Part shown: positions 11,453-22,819 of the stretch, in pieces
Layout: the number at the start of each line of letters is the position of its first letter
Numbering within the stretch: the stretch's first letter is position 1
DNA from: Calditrichia bacterium
Lineage (GTDB): Bacteria; Calditrichota; Calditrichia; JAJRVZ01
Direction of reading: 5' to 3'
NCBI GenBank assembly: GCA_963796965.1
Contig: CAWCNS010000009.1
Coordinates: forward strand, 512,001-576,000
DNA length: 64,000 nucleotides
Notes under the pieces: model-generated
What the model was told of the DNA's origin: nothing
Seen by the model: only the letters and a program-made list of their open reading frames with translations
Database searches by the model: none
Position numbers and translations under genes: made by a program

Positions 11453-12136
11453 CTACAATCTCCCGCGTTCCCAAGCATTAGTAAGAATTTGCAGGTATTG
11501 CTGTTCGGTTAGTTTTACAGGCACATACTCTATCCCCTGACGGGAAAGATTTTTTACAAAAGCCCGCAAGTGATTACGTGAGCCTTTTAGCAAGTTATTA
11601 TATACCATGGTAATATCTTCATTATCCACATGCTCATCCAACTCTTTTTGAATATCCAGAATATCGATTTCCTCAATTAGAGCCCCGACTTTAAGTGCTT
11701 CGACAAGGGACACACTGCCCTGCTCGATCAATGTGTTAAAGAGATCTTGCAAAATTTCATTTTTAAAAACACCAAGACTATCAACTTCAACCGGATCGGG
11801 AATTTCATATTTAACCAGTAAATATCTTATGGCATCCGTATGTGTTTGCTCACTTCCCGAAATATTTATAAAAACGCGCTTACCCCAATTTTCATATAAG
11901 GTAAGATAAACATCACGGGCAAGTTTTTCCTCTTCTCGCATAAAAACAAGTCCGTCCATTTCTTCCAAATTTACTTCTTCAAACGGCAACTCATTGATAG
12001 ATTCGGCTGTAATAAACTGATCGGATAATGTGTCAGAAGACTCTGCTTCCACTGAATTGGCACAACCCGTAAAATTAAATGATCCCAGGATAAATCCTGT
12101 TAATAAAATTGATAATTTATATTTAGTGCTATTCAT
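11453..12136 (-). CDS. DUF2202 ferritin-like domain lipoprotein
   Basis: MREEEKLARDVY, SEQTH, GALIEEIDI, GSRNHLRAF; N-terminal FTGC lipobox-like. Confidence 0.85.
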   Translation of the reverse strand: MNSTKYKLSILLTGFILGSFNFTGCANSVEAESSDTLSDQFITAESINELPFEEVNLEEMDGLVFMREEEKLARDVYLTLYENWGKRVFINISGSEQTHTDAIRYLLVKYEIPDPVEVDSLGVFKNEILQDLFNTLIEQGSVSLVEALKVGALIEEIDILDIQKELDEHVDNEDITMVYNNLLKGSRNHLRAFVKNLSRQGIEYVPVKLTEQQYLQILTNAWERGRL

Positions 12137-12235
12137 TATCTATTCCCCCTGTTTTTAACGCTTTGATGATAAAACCGGCCATATGCATGACCGGTTTATT
12201 CCATCGTTTAGACTAATTATTTTTTTCCACCTTGT

Positions 12236-12715
12236 TTACGCGCTTCCCTTGCGACCCATACCGTCACAATCGCCAGTCCCCGTCCCCATTCCGGAACCAT
12301 TGCCCTCGCCTTTCATACTTTTTCCATTGCCTTGTCCGGATTTATTCATGCGTCCGCTTCCATCCTGAGGGCGAACGTAATCAGCATCCTGGCCGTTTGG
12401 AATACCATCGCCATCACTATCAATCGCATTATCGTTTATGCCGTCACCATCTGCATCGACAAAACCTTTGGCGTTGTTACCTTTACGCGCTTTTTCACCT
12501 TCATAGTCCCCATCCCTATCGTTAGGGATACCATCACCGTTCTCATCGACGAAGCCGGTTCTATTTTGTCCCTTCGTTTGTGCATGGTCAACATTTTTGG
12601 TTTGATTTTTATAGTGGTTTTGCTCTTTATTCTGCACTGTTTCAGAATCCTGAGCAAACAGGCTACCTGTCAAAAAGACAGCGACCAAACTGAAAATAAT
12701 CATTAAATGCTTCAT
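12236..12715 (-). CDS. Secreted low-complexity Gly/Asp-rich protein with FVDxxGDG Ca-binding-like repeats
   Basis: RBS GAGGAG; signal peptide ending LFA; FVDENGDGIPND, FVDADGDGIND, DSDGDGIPNGQD. Confidence 0.8.
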   Translation of the reverse strand: MKHLMIIFSLVAVFLTGSLFAQDSETVQNKEQNHYKNQTKNVDHAQTKGQNRTGFVDENGDGIPNDRDGDYEGEKARKGNNAKGFVDADGDGINDNAIDSDGDGIPNGQDADYVRPQDGSGRMNKSGQGNGKSMKGEGNGSGMGTGTGDCDGMGRKGSA

Positions 12716-12766
12716 CTTAATTCTCCTCTTGTTTTGGTTAATGTTTTCATACTTGCTGTTGATGGT

Positions 12767-12818
12767 TACAAACGGTGTGCCAAAGAATATTTAGGTCGGG
12801 TAATTACTTGTTTTATAA
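12767..12818 (-). promoter_or_regulatory. Putative sigma54 (-24/-12) promoter with an upstream IHF-like site
   Basis: Minus strand TTGGCACACCGTTTGTA (GG-N10-GT) at 12783-12767; AACAAGTAATTA IHF-like motif just upstream. Confidence 0.6.
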
Positions 12819-12979
12819 GATGATAAAAGCGGGGAGGATAAATTGATCTATAGGCTCAATTCGACTAATCAGGCGATTAACAGTACATATAAGGCGAATT
12901 TAATATGGGCGAGTTAGGCTATTGCTGTCGAAAACTTTGTTATTTTAGCAAAATTTTTACTCACTGAGAATTCTTTTAC

Positions 12980-13111
12980 CTCGCAGAGCCGCAGAGTCGC
13001 AAAGGTTTATTATTAAAATGATTTATGTCAATGTTGTGTAATTTGACTTAAAATAAAATCTCTTTTTTAAAATTTTAAAAATTTTTTTCTGCGTCTTTGC
13101 GTCTCCGCGAG
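12980..13111. repeat. Inverted pair of 8-nt-unit (CGCAGAGN) repeat arrays
   Basis: CTCGCAGAGCCGCAGAGTCGCAAAG ... TCTGCGTCTTTGCGTCTCCGCGAG. Confidence 0.7.
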
Positions 13112-13200
13112 AGATATTTGTAACTAGATTCAGATTTATTAAATTTTTTATTTGCGGCATCGTTGCGTTATGGGTAATTAGGTTAGAAAATCAATAGAAG

Positions 13201-13416
13201 TTAAATTACATTATATTGACTATATGCAGGACAAAATTCCCAGTTGAAGGAATGTTCTTCGGAGGGTAAATATACTTTGCAGTCCAATTTTTGATCACAT
13301 TCGATCATCGTATACGTCTTGTCTGTATTTTCAGCTCTGAAATACAGAACCAGACTGCAAGATGTCTTCTTGCGGGGACAAAAATAGTGAAGTTGTTCAA
13401 TGCCTACACTTGCCAT
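13201..13416 (-). CDS. Possible small Cys-rich protein
   Basis: 71 aa ORF with FCP-x5-C ... C-x5-C ... WEFCPAY pattern; weak RBS. Confidence 0.4.
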   Translation of the reverse strand: MASVGIEQLHYFCPRKKTSCSLVLYFRAENTDKTYTMIECDQKLDCKVYLPSEEHSFNWEFCPAYSQYNVI

Positions 13417-13472
13417 GCTTTAATATATGATATGTGATTAATCTCCGCAATATTACTCAGCGCTATTCTTTC

Positions 13473-13524
13473 TTTGGGATTTGGGATTTGGGATTTGGGA
13501 TTTGGGATTTGGGATTTGGGATTT
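13473..13524. repeat. Perfect heptamer tandem repeat (TTTGGGA)x7
   Basis: Counted directly: seven exact copies plus TTT. Confidence 0.95.
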
Positions 13525-13690
13525 CTAAAGTTTTTCTCTCCACTTTTTTTAGTCAAGTCTTTTTTTTAATTTTTCATTGCCAATAATCAATCTTCAAATA
13601 ACAAGATCCAGGCAGGGAGTGCCCAAATTCTCTATTGTTGCTAGTTGAAATAATTTTGTAAATTAGGATAGAAAAATGTAAGTGAGAACC

Positions 13691-14936
13691 ATGAAGAATT
13701 TACTTTCCCTGTCCAAAGACAAAATAAAAATTGTTCTACTTGAAAATATTCACCAACAGGCCACAGAAATTTTTAAGCAAAATGGCTATACAAATATTGA
13801 AACCTCTGGTGAGGCCTTTGACGCAACGAACACGATTAAAAGTATTAGAAATGCCCATATAATCGGTATTCGTTCTGGTACAATTCTTGATCAGAAAATA
13901 CTTGGCCAAGCATCAAAACTCATTGCTATCGGTTGTTTTTGTATCGGGACTGATCAGGTAGATTTATCCGCTGCGGGCCGATTAGGTATACCTGTTTTTA
14001 ATGCCCCTCATTCCAATACCCGCTCTGTTGCTGAATTGGTTATTGGTTTGTCAATCATGTTAATGCGTGGGATATTTCCAAAAAGTAAAGCCGCCCATAA
14101 TCATACATGGATAAAATCTACCTCTGGCAGTAATGAACTTCGTGGTAAAACTATAGGTATCATTGGCCATGGACACATCGGATCTCAGGTTTCCATATTG
14201 GCTGAAGCGCTCGGAATGCGTGTCGTTTATTTTGATATACGTACACGACTTCCTCTGGGAAATGCCTGTCAGGTTAATAGTCTGGAAGATCTTTTAGTCG
14301 CCTCAGATATCATAACTTTGCATGTTCCGGAAGATGAATCTACCATTAATATGCTGGGTGCAAAAGAGCTGGCATTATTAAAAAACGATGCCTGTCTGAT
14401 CAACGCCAGCAGAGGTAGGGTTGTTGACCTTGAAGCCCTAAGTAATAGTTTAAAAGCAGGTAAAGTCCGTGGTGCAGCCATTGATGTTTTTCCACAGGAG
14501 CCGGGTTCAAAACAGGAAAAATTTGAATCTCCTTTAATCGGATTGGAAAATGTAATCCTTACGCCCCATATTGGTGGCTCAACCCAGGAAGCCCAGAAAA
14601 ATATTGGGAGTGAAGTGGCTGGCAAAATTAGTTAATTTCAGCGATCTCGGAAATTCTGAAGGCGCTGTAAATTTTCCTAATGTTAATTTAAGACCAAATA
14701 TAAAAGCGACACGTATGCTGCATATCCATGAAAATCATCCTGGTCTTCTCAAATTTATAAATGCCATCATCGCCAACCGAGGCATCAATGTTATCGGACA
14801 ATATCTTGAGACACGAAATGAGATTGGCTATGTGGTGTTAGACATTGAACCATTCAAATCAAGAAAAGAATCAAACGAATTGCGAACAGCCCTGGCAGAA
14901 ATACAAGGGACAATAAGAACCAGAATTCTTTACTAA
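13691..14936 (+). CDS. serA: D-3-phosphoglycerate dehydrogenase with C-terminal ACT domain; frameshift near 14625
   Basis: GCFCIGTDQVDL, VFNAPHSNTRSVAEL, GIIGHGHIG, INASRG, LTPHIGGSTQEAQ; ACT part (HENHPGLL, GQYLET) continues in another frame. Confidence 0.92.
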
Positions 14937-15264
14937 TTATTTAAATGATGAGATTAGCGTTCCGGATAAACATGTCCAAGTTTTGACCTCCTTATTACTA
15001 TGCTCATTATATCCTTGCGATTCCGTCCCACCTTGATTAAGTTAGAGCATTGCAGATCTTTAATCCGACTGATCTGACAGCGGTTATAATAAGTATTAAC
15101 CTGATTCTACTGGTTAATTTCAAGCATTAATATTTCAATCGTCCTGAGTTATCAGTATTATCCAGCGATTTGTTGACCTATAATTGCATCAGAGACAAAT
15201 CATTAAATTACTATCATTAGATCTTCATTATATCAGACTAAGACAGATATAAGGAAGTAGCAGA

Positions 15265-16395
15265 ATGATAGATCTTCATGAACATGCCGATCTATTGCAA
15301 TCTCTAAATCAGAATATTTCTCTGAATGATAAGTTAAAAGCCATTCATAAAGCTATAAAAAATTACTATGATTTTATTGAACGTATCGCTGTCGCCTTGT
15401 ATGAGGATCAATCAAGTACGATTAAAACCTTTCTCGCCAGTTGCGATAGATCAAATCCATTAATTCACTATGAAACAAATATTAGGAATGCCCCGTCTTT
15501 AAAAGAGATATGTGAGGACCACCACCCCCGCGTTGTAAATGATCTGGATATTTTTGGTCAGGGTACACATGAACATACTGTAAGGATTAATGAGGAAGGG
15601 TATCAGGCCAGTTACACATTACCGATATATAATAATAAATCATGTATTGGTTTTGTCTTCTTCAATTCTTCACAGAAAAATTGCTTTACCGCAGAAGTAT
15701 TAGATTGTATTGATATCTTTGCCCATCTGGTATCGAATGTTGTCAAGAATGATATAAATACCATAAAAACAATGCTTGCTGCCTTAAGGACTGCCAATAA
15801 AATGGTTCATCTTAAGGATCCCGAGACAGGCAGCCATCTGGAACGTATGGCACATTTTTCAAGGTTAATTGCAAAAGAACTTTCCTATTCTAAAAAATAT
15901 GCTTTTAACGATGAGTTTATTGAAGATATTTTTATATTTGCCCCAATGCATGATGTCGGAAAGATTGGGATTCCTGACGAAGTGTTAAAAAAACCGGCGA
16001 AATTGAACAAAGATGAGTGGCGAACCATGCAAACCCACGCTTATAAAGGTCGTATGGTTATTAATACAATTATCGAAAATTTTGAATTTGAGACGATCGC
16101 AAATATAAATGTTTTGAGAAACATTGCCGAATATCACCATGAAGCACTCAATGGTAATGGATATCCGCATGGTATGAAAGGTAAAAATATTCCTATTGAA
16201 GCCCGAATCGTTGCCGTTGCTGATGTTTTTGATGCTCTTACCAGTAAACGACCTTATAAAAAAGCGTGGAGTAATTCGGAAGCCTTTAAAACCCTGAAAA
16301 AACTTGCCAATGATGTTCTTGATCAGGATTGTGTCAACGCCTTGCTACTTAACCAAACAAAAGTTACTGAAATTCAAGGCCTTTTCCGGGATTGA
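15265..16395 (+). CDS. GAF + HD-GYP cyclic-dinucleotide phosphodiesterase
   Basis: ETGSHLERM, MHDVGKIG, HHEALNGNGYP, ARIVAVADVFDALTSKRPYK. Confidence 0.9.
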   Translation: MIDLHEHADLLQSLNQNISLNDKLKAIHKAIKNYYDFIERIAVALYEDQSSTIKTFLASCDRSNPLIHYETNIRNAPSLKEICEDHHPRVVNDLDIFGQGTHEHTVRINEEGYQASYTLPIYNNKSCIGFVFFNSSQKNCFTAEVLDCIDIFAHLVSNVVKNDINTIKTMLAALRTANKMVHLKDPETGSHLERMAHFSRLIAKELSYSKKYAFNDEFIEDIFIFAPMHDVGKIGIPDEVLKKPAKLNKDEWRTMQTHAYKGRMVINTIIENFEFETIANINVLRNIAEYHHEALNGNGYPHGMKGKNIPIEARIVAVADVFDALTSKRPYKKAWSNSEAFKTLKKLANDVLDQDCVNALLLNQTKVTEIQGLFRD

Positions 16396-16498
16396 TAGTT
16401 TTCGATTGATTTTTCGCAACCTCTCTTTACACGGAACATTTAATCTGTATCTTTGGTTTAATCTCCCCAAAGTATAAATCACTTTAAAATATATTATT

Positions 16499-17303
16499 AT
16501 GAACAGAATTCAATCCCCCATTTCATATTTTATATTCACCGCCATCTTTCTTTTTGGCTGTTCCAACGATCCGACGGGTCCCTATGATCCTTTTCTGGAT
16601 GATGTTATTAGCGAATATACGTACAAAAGGCTAAACTCATTTCCCCACGATGTAAAGGCCTTCACCCAGGGCTTTGTATTTTATAAAGATCATTTTTATG
16701 AGGGAACAGGGTTATATGGAAATTCATCTATACGCAAAGTAGAAATGAAAACGGGAAACGTTCAGCATCAAACAAATCTTGCAGATGACTACTTCGGAGA
16801 GGGTATCACCATATTTGAAGAAAAGATTTATCAACTCACCTGGTTGGAAAAAAAGGGATTTGTCTACCAGGTAGACAGTCTTTGACTCACTGGGACAGTT
16901 TTCATATAATCATGAAGGTTGGGGGATTACCCATAATGGTAGCGAATTAATAATCAGTGATGGTACGGCCACGATTCGATTTGTTGAGCCTCAAACCCTG
17001 GAGTTAATTAGGACAATCCAGGTAACCTCAGGAGATTCCCCCCTCAAAAATCTCAATGAACTCGAATACATTGAGGGAAAGATTTTTGCTAACGTTTGGC
17101 TTACTGATTGGATTGCGATCATCAACCCACAGAACGGAAATGTGACGGGCAGGATTGATCTTACTGGTTTACTTGATCCCGCTGACTATACCGTAAATAC
17201 AGATGTGTTGAATGGGATTGCCTACGATAAGGAACAACAACGTTTATTTGTAACCGGTAAACGCTGGCCAAAGGTATTTGAGATTAAATTGATAGCAAGA
17301 TAG
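16499..17303 (+). CDS. Glutaminyl-peptide cyclotransferase (type I) lipoprotein; frameshift near 16885
   Basis: FPHDVKAFTQG, YEGTGLYG, FGEGIT, QLTW; next frame gives EGWGIT, SDGT, LNELEYI, ANVW, DVLNGIAYD, TGKRWP. Confidence 0.9.
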
Positions 17304-17306
17304 AAC

Positions 17307-17333
17307 GCGGAGGACACTTGGGTCCGCCCCTAC
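17307..17333. repeat. REP-like hairpin ending CCCCTAC between convergent genes
   Basis: GCGGAGGACACTTGGGTCCGCCCCTAC. Confidence 0.5.
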
Positions 17334-17365
17334 GTTTCAAGTTTGACATTTCACGTCTCACCCTA

Positions 17366-19765
17366 TCATTCATACTTAATACTATCCACGGGATTTGCCG
17401 TGGCGGCCCGTATTGACTGATACAACACAGTTAACAGAGCTATAATCAAGGTTACAATGGCGGCAAATACAAAGGTTTGCCAGCCGATAGTGATCCGGTA
17501 GGCGAAATCATTCAACCATTGATCCATTACATACCAGGATATTGGCCAGGCAATCAGATTGGCAAGAAGGACCCATTTTGCAAAATCCCGGGACATGAGA
17601 AGGACCAGACCACCGATCGATGCTCCCAGAACCTTGCGAATACCCATTTCTTTTGTTCGTTGTTCTGCCGTGAATGAAGCCAATCCAAATAAACCAAGAC
17701 ATGCTATCACTACCGCCAAAACAGCGAAATATTTGAGTAAGTTGCTTACCCGGTCTCCCACGGCATATTGATCATTCAGATCTTCATCCAGAAATCTATA
17801 ATCGAATGGATAATTCGGTACAATCCGTTTCCAGGTAGCTTCTACAAAATCGATGGCCGCTGTTATATTCCCAGCTGACAATCGTATGAGTAAATAATTG
17901 ATGTCTCTTAAACTACAACGTATGGCCAGAGGTTCGATATGTTCATCTACGGACTGAAAATGATAATCTCGCATCACCCCTATAATGAATCCATCTCTGT
18001 CAAAATCAAAACGTTTTTCAACAACGGATCCACCACCCATGATACGAGCCATCTCTTCATTGATCAAAAATGCACTAGCTGTATCTGTGCTAAATTCTCT
18101 TGAAAAGGAGCGCCCTTCAACCATCTCAATTTTCATCGTTTCTACATAGTCAAAACCCACCCGAGCCATGGAAACGAGCACTTTCAAGTCAGGATCTTTA
18201 CCATCCCATTTCACACCACTTGAATTACTACCAATGTGAGCTGGATAATGATGGGTACCTGTCACATTCACAATTTTTTTATCCAGTAATAGCTCATTTT
18301 TTAATATATCATAGTACGTATTTGTATCTCCACGTAGGGGAATATAAATGAGGTGTTCCTGGTCAAATCCCAGATCTTTTTCTTTCATAAACTGCAATTG
18401 ATTATATACCATTACTGTACTGACAATCAAAATAAGAGAGATGGTGAACTGGAAAACAACTAATACCTTCCGAAATAAGGCCGCTTTATCAGAGTTAGAA
18501 ATTTTGCCACGCAGAATCCTTATGGGTTGAAACGAAGAAAGAAACATGGCCGGATAGCTGCCGGAGATTATTCCTGTTACTAAAGTGAGAACTATCATTC
18601 CTATTATAAATTGCCAGTCCCAAAGAAGATTCATCTCAAAAGATTTATCGGCTAAAGTACCAAATGCGGGCAGGAGTAGGGCAACAATAATTAAAGCACA
18701 AACCAATCCTATAAAAGCCATTAAAATTGATTCACCATAAAATTGGAGAACCAGATTTTCCTTCTTAGCGCCCACAACTTTGCGCATACCAACTTCCCGG
18801 GCTCTGTTCACGGATCGGGCGGTGGCAAGATTCATAAAATTGATACTGGCCAGAAGAATTATAAAAACCGCAATGATCGAAAAAATATAGACATAAAGGA
18901 TATAGCCCATGGATTTATTATATCCAAAATAGGAATGTAGATGGATATCGGGCAGGGCTCGAAGCATAAACGGTGTCGGATCATCTTCCTGAAATCGTTT
19001 CAATCTTTCCGGATCATCCTTGACCAGATCAAGGGTTCTTCTATAACGCAAATCGGTGATTTTTTCATTTACTGCTTTAATATCCACACTCTCATGTAAT
19101 TGCACAAAAGTAACGATGGAATTCCAACCCCACTGATCAATGGTACGGCCCAGATCTTTCAAAAATTCAAAGGGTACGAGCACATCAAATCGTACCACAG
19201 AGTTTTCAGGGATATTTTCTAACACACCGGTTATAGTGAAATCAAATTGATTATTTATACTAATAACCTGACCAATAGGATTAATTTCACCAAAATACTT
19301 CTGTGCAAGTTCTTCTGTAATAATCATCGAGGAAGGCTTGTCAAGAGCTGTGGTTTGGTCTCCATAGATAAATTGATATGAAAACATTTTTAAGAAATCC
19401 GGGGTTACAGCGCGAACACTTCGTTCAAAAAATGATTTATCTTTATAGCGAAGAAGAAGTGTGCCGGCATGGGGATAGGGTGTCGCATATTTAATTTCTG
19501 GTATTTCCGCCTTGACACCCTCAGCCATCGGATAGGGTGTGACATTAACATGGTAAATGCTACCGGAATAATTCTGGTCTTGTTCAATTCGGTAGAGAAA
19601 ATCCGCATTCGCATGAAATTGATCGTAGCTCAACTCATCCATCACCCAGAGCATAATCAGTAAAAAACTGGCGATGCCAATGGCCAACCCTGATATATTT
19701 ATAAACGAGTATACTTTATGCCTTCGAAGATTTCTTAATGCCACAATCAGATAATTTTTTATCAT
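17366..19765 (-). CDS. ABC transporter permease, MacB/FtsX family (duplicated architecture)
   Basis: MIKNYLIVALRNL, INFMNLATARS...REVGMRKVVGA, RTKEMGIRKVLGAS, ANPVDSIKYE. Confidence 0.92.
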   Translation of the reverse strand: MIKNYLIVALRNLRRHKVYSFINISGLAIGIASFLLIMLWVMDELSYDQFHANADFLYRIEQDQNYSGSIYHVNVTPYPMAEGVKAEIPEIKYATPYPHAGTLLLRYKDKSFFERSVRAVTPDFLKMFSYQFIYGDQTTALDKPSSMIITEELAQKYFGEINPIGQVISINNQFDFTITGVLENIPENSVVRFDVLVPFEFLKDLGRTIDQWGWNSIVTFVQLHESVDIKAVNEKITDLRYRRTLDLVKDDPERLKRFQEDDPTPFMLRALPDIHLHSYFGYNKSMGYILYVYIFSIIAVFIILLASINFMNLATARSVNRAREVGMRKVVGAKKENLVLQFYGESILMAFIGLVCALIIVALLLPAFGTLADKSFEMNLLWDWQFIIGMIVLTLVTGIISGSYPAMFLSSFQPIRILRGKISNSDKAALFRKVLVVFQFTISLILIVSTVMVYNQLQFMKEKDLGFDQEHLIYIPLRGDTNTYYDILKNELLLDKKIVNVTGTHHYPAHIGSNSSGVKWDGKDPDLKVLVSMARVGFDYVETMKIEMVEGRSFSREFSTDTASAFLINEEMARIMGGGSVVEKRFDFDRDGFIIGVMRDYHFQSVDEHIEPLAIRCSLRDINYLLIRLSAGNITAAIDFVEATWKRIVPNYPFDYRFLDEDLNDQYAVGDRVSNLLKYFAVLAVVIACLGLFGLASFTAEQRTKEMGIRKVLGASIGGLVLLMSRDFAKWVLLANLIAWPISWYVMDQWLNDFAYRITIGWQTFVFAAIVTLIIALLTVLYQSIRAATANPVDSIKYE

Positions 19766-19974
19766 TTCATACTCCGGCGTTTATCCAAATTTCTTACCAC
19801 TATATTCCTCAGACTAAGGATAAAAAATTCTACCAATTAATTCGTCCGAAATTACAATTTCGAACATTATTTTTAATTTTATACTCAACCTTCTACAATA
19901 TCTTACGTAGAAAAAAATAGTTGTGACTTTTTGAACAAACCGGTGTCTAATAATTTAAAAACAAAGGTGAGACT

Positions 19975-20193
19975 ATGACGTTAAGAGATATCCTCGAAAA
20001 AATAGCTCTTGAAGATCATGCTATAAAACTTAGCCACGATAATGAAGTTTTTGACCCTAATGGTTTGCTGGAAACACTTCCTGATCCTGTACTAAACAGA
20101 CAAGCTTATTTGCAACCTGGTTTATATATTGCTGAAATAAATGAAGGTGGATATTTGGGTGAGGTTCTTTTAAGATTTTCGAATCATTCTTAA
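19975..20193 (+). CDS. Small hypothetical protein
   Basis: RBS AAGGTGAG; 72 aa ORF in the gap between the divergent permeases. Confidence 0.65.
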   Translation: MTLRDILEKIALEDHAIKLSHDNEVFDPNGLLETLPDPVLNRQAYLQPGLYIAEINEGGYLGEVLLRFSNHS

Positions 20194-20311
20194 CAATACC
20201 TACCAGATTTTACCCGGTAAATGATCTGGCGATAACATACGAATATATTTGAATTAGATTCATCCAAAGCAATAAATCAAAGTAATATATCCAAATAAAG
20301 CCGGATACGTT

Positions 20312-22712
20312 ATGTTTAAAAATCACATTCGCATTGCCGTTCGTAACTTTAATCGTAACAAATTTTACTCATTTCTAAATATTCTTGGCCTCGCAATAGG
20401 AATGGCTACAGTCTATCCTCAGTTTTTTATATGTTGGTCATGAACTGAGCTATGATCGCTTTCATGAAAAGTCAGATCGGATTTATCGAATTGCCGTCGA
20501 TGCTTTATCAGGCAACACGGTTATTAAGCAAACCTTTAATCCCCCACCAATGCCAGCCGCACTATATAATGAATATGCAGAGATTGAAGCGGTTTGTCGA
20601 ATAGCAACTGCTGGTAATGCAACAAAGATTCAGTACGGAAATACGACTTTTAAGGAATCGAATATACTCATAGTTGATACTACATTTTTCAATATTTTCT
20701 CTGCAGAATTTGTTATAGGCAGTCCCAACCCTGAGATATTAGGCCCTAATAAAATTGTCCTTACTGAGAAAACAGCCAGAAAGTATTTTGGGAATGAAAA
20801 TCCGATAGGGAAAATTCTTGTGATGGATGATGAGGATAGTTTTCAAGTCACTGCTGTTATAAAAAATTTTCCTGAAAATGCCCATTTCCATTTTGACATG
20901 CTCGCTTCCTTACTAACATTTAAAGATTGGTATGATAATCAACAATGGTTCAATAACAATTTCCGTATTTACATCCTATTAATTGAAAATCAGGATTACA
21001 AATCGCTTCAAGCCAAATTCCCTGCCTTCGTGAATAAATATCATTTTAATGGCAAATATAAGGAATCAATTGGTGGTGATTCTAAATGGGAATTGTATTT
21101 GCAACCGCTTACGGATATTCATTTATACTCGCATTTAAGTGGCGAATTTGAGGCAAATGGAAATGCGAATTATGTATATATATTTGGAATAGTCGCAATA
21201 TTTATTCTCCTAATTGCATGCATTAATTTTGTTAATCTCGCCACAGCAAAATCTGCTACCAGAGCAAAAGAAATAAGCATCCGTAAAGTAGTTGGTTCTG
21301 GCCGAGGTTATCTGATCCGTCAATTTCTCAGTGAATCACTATTTATCAGTTTTATATCAGTATTATTGGCCTTGTTGTTTGTCGAATTAGCTTTCATTTA
21401 TTTGCCTGACCTTTTAGGCGTGAATCTTCCCGTACCTTTTTCCACTAAATTATTATTGATGCCTGCTATGATAATATTAACAATTCTAACAGGCCTTTTG
21501 TCCGGTGTTTATCCGGCTTTAGTATTATCATCTTACCAACCAGCAAATGTATTACATAATCAGCTATTAAAAGGACGAAAAGGAACCTGGTTACGTAATT
21601 TTCTTGTGATATTTCAGTTCGTCACTTCTATTGTTCTCATTGTCGGAACGATGGTCATCTCCCGACAGTTAGATTATATTCAGAATGAGCAACTTGGTTT
21701 TGAAAAAGAACAGGTAGTCGTAATTAAAAATGCTAACTTGATCCCGGATCATCTGGCAGCATTTAAATCTGAATTACTTAAAATCCCTTCTGTACAGCAT
21801 GCTTCGGTATCGCATCGTCTGCCCGGTATTCGATTTAATAACATAGGATTCGGTGCAGAGGGTTTTGAAGGTGGTTATACGCTTAATCTTTGTTTGAGTG
21901 ACCCTGATTTTCAAGATGTTCTAAAGTTTAATATGGTTAAAGGCCGGTATTTTTCTGAAGAATTTGGGACGGATACCTCAGGGATTGTTCTCAATGAAGC
22001 CGCTGTGAAACTGCTTGGCTGGGATGATCCGATTGGAAAAAGAGTCAATACCTGGGGAAGGAAACCTTTCAATCTATCTGTTATCGGGGTTGTGAAGGAT
22101 CTACACTATGAATCTATGCATACAGAAATCCGACCGATGGCCTTTCTACATATAGATAGCCCTTTCCACTGGTCACCCCGTTATATCTCAGTACGAATAA
22201 ACACCACAGATGTCGGTAAAACAATACAACAGATGAATCAGATCTGGGCAGGATTTTATACTGATCTACCTTTTGAGTATTCCTTTTTTAACGATGATTA
22301 TAATAATCTATATAAAAATGAAAAACAGACCCAACAGCTATTTATGAGCTTTTCTGTATTGGCGTTGTTTATTGGTTGTTTAGGATTGTTAGGATTGGTT
22401 GCATTTATGGTTCAGCAGCGCATTCAGGAGATCGGTATTCGAAAGGTATTGGGTGCTTCCGTTTTAGGATTGGTGCTATTGTTATCAAAACAGTTTAGCA
22501 AATGGGTTTTAATTGCTAATATTTTTGCCTGGCCATTGGCCTGGTATATGATGGATAGATGGTTGGAAAATTTTGCCTACCGTTCTAATATTGAATGGTG
22601 GTATTTTATAGTGGCGGGTGGGATTGCTTTAGTTATCGCCTTGTTCACTATCGGTACACAAGTCTTCAGAGCGGCGATTTCTAATCCGGTTGATGCCTTG
22701 AGGTATGAGTGA
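20312..22712 (+). CDS. ABC transporter permease, MacB/FtsX family; frameshift near 20410
   Basis: Start MFKNHIRIAVRNF at 20312; INFVNLATAKS, EIGIRKVLGAS, NPVDALRYE. Confidence 0.9.
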
Positions 22713-22819
22713 TTGTGAAAAATGTAAGATGGAGATGTGAAGACCAGGGGCATCACATACCATGTCCGCTTAGATATGCTCCAAACATATCTCCCGGCGA
22801 TATTCAATTTCTAGTGACT

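Noticed and set aside
13473..13524. CRISPR array
   Set aside because: Tandem heptamer without spacers; no 25-40 bp repeat-spacer array or cas gene anywhere in the window
14940..15260. c-di-GMP riboswitch upstream of the HD-GYP gene
   Set aside because: Could not find the GEMM P1/P2 consensus on either strand by eye
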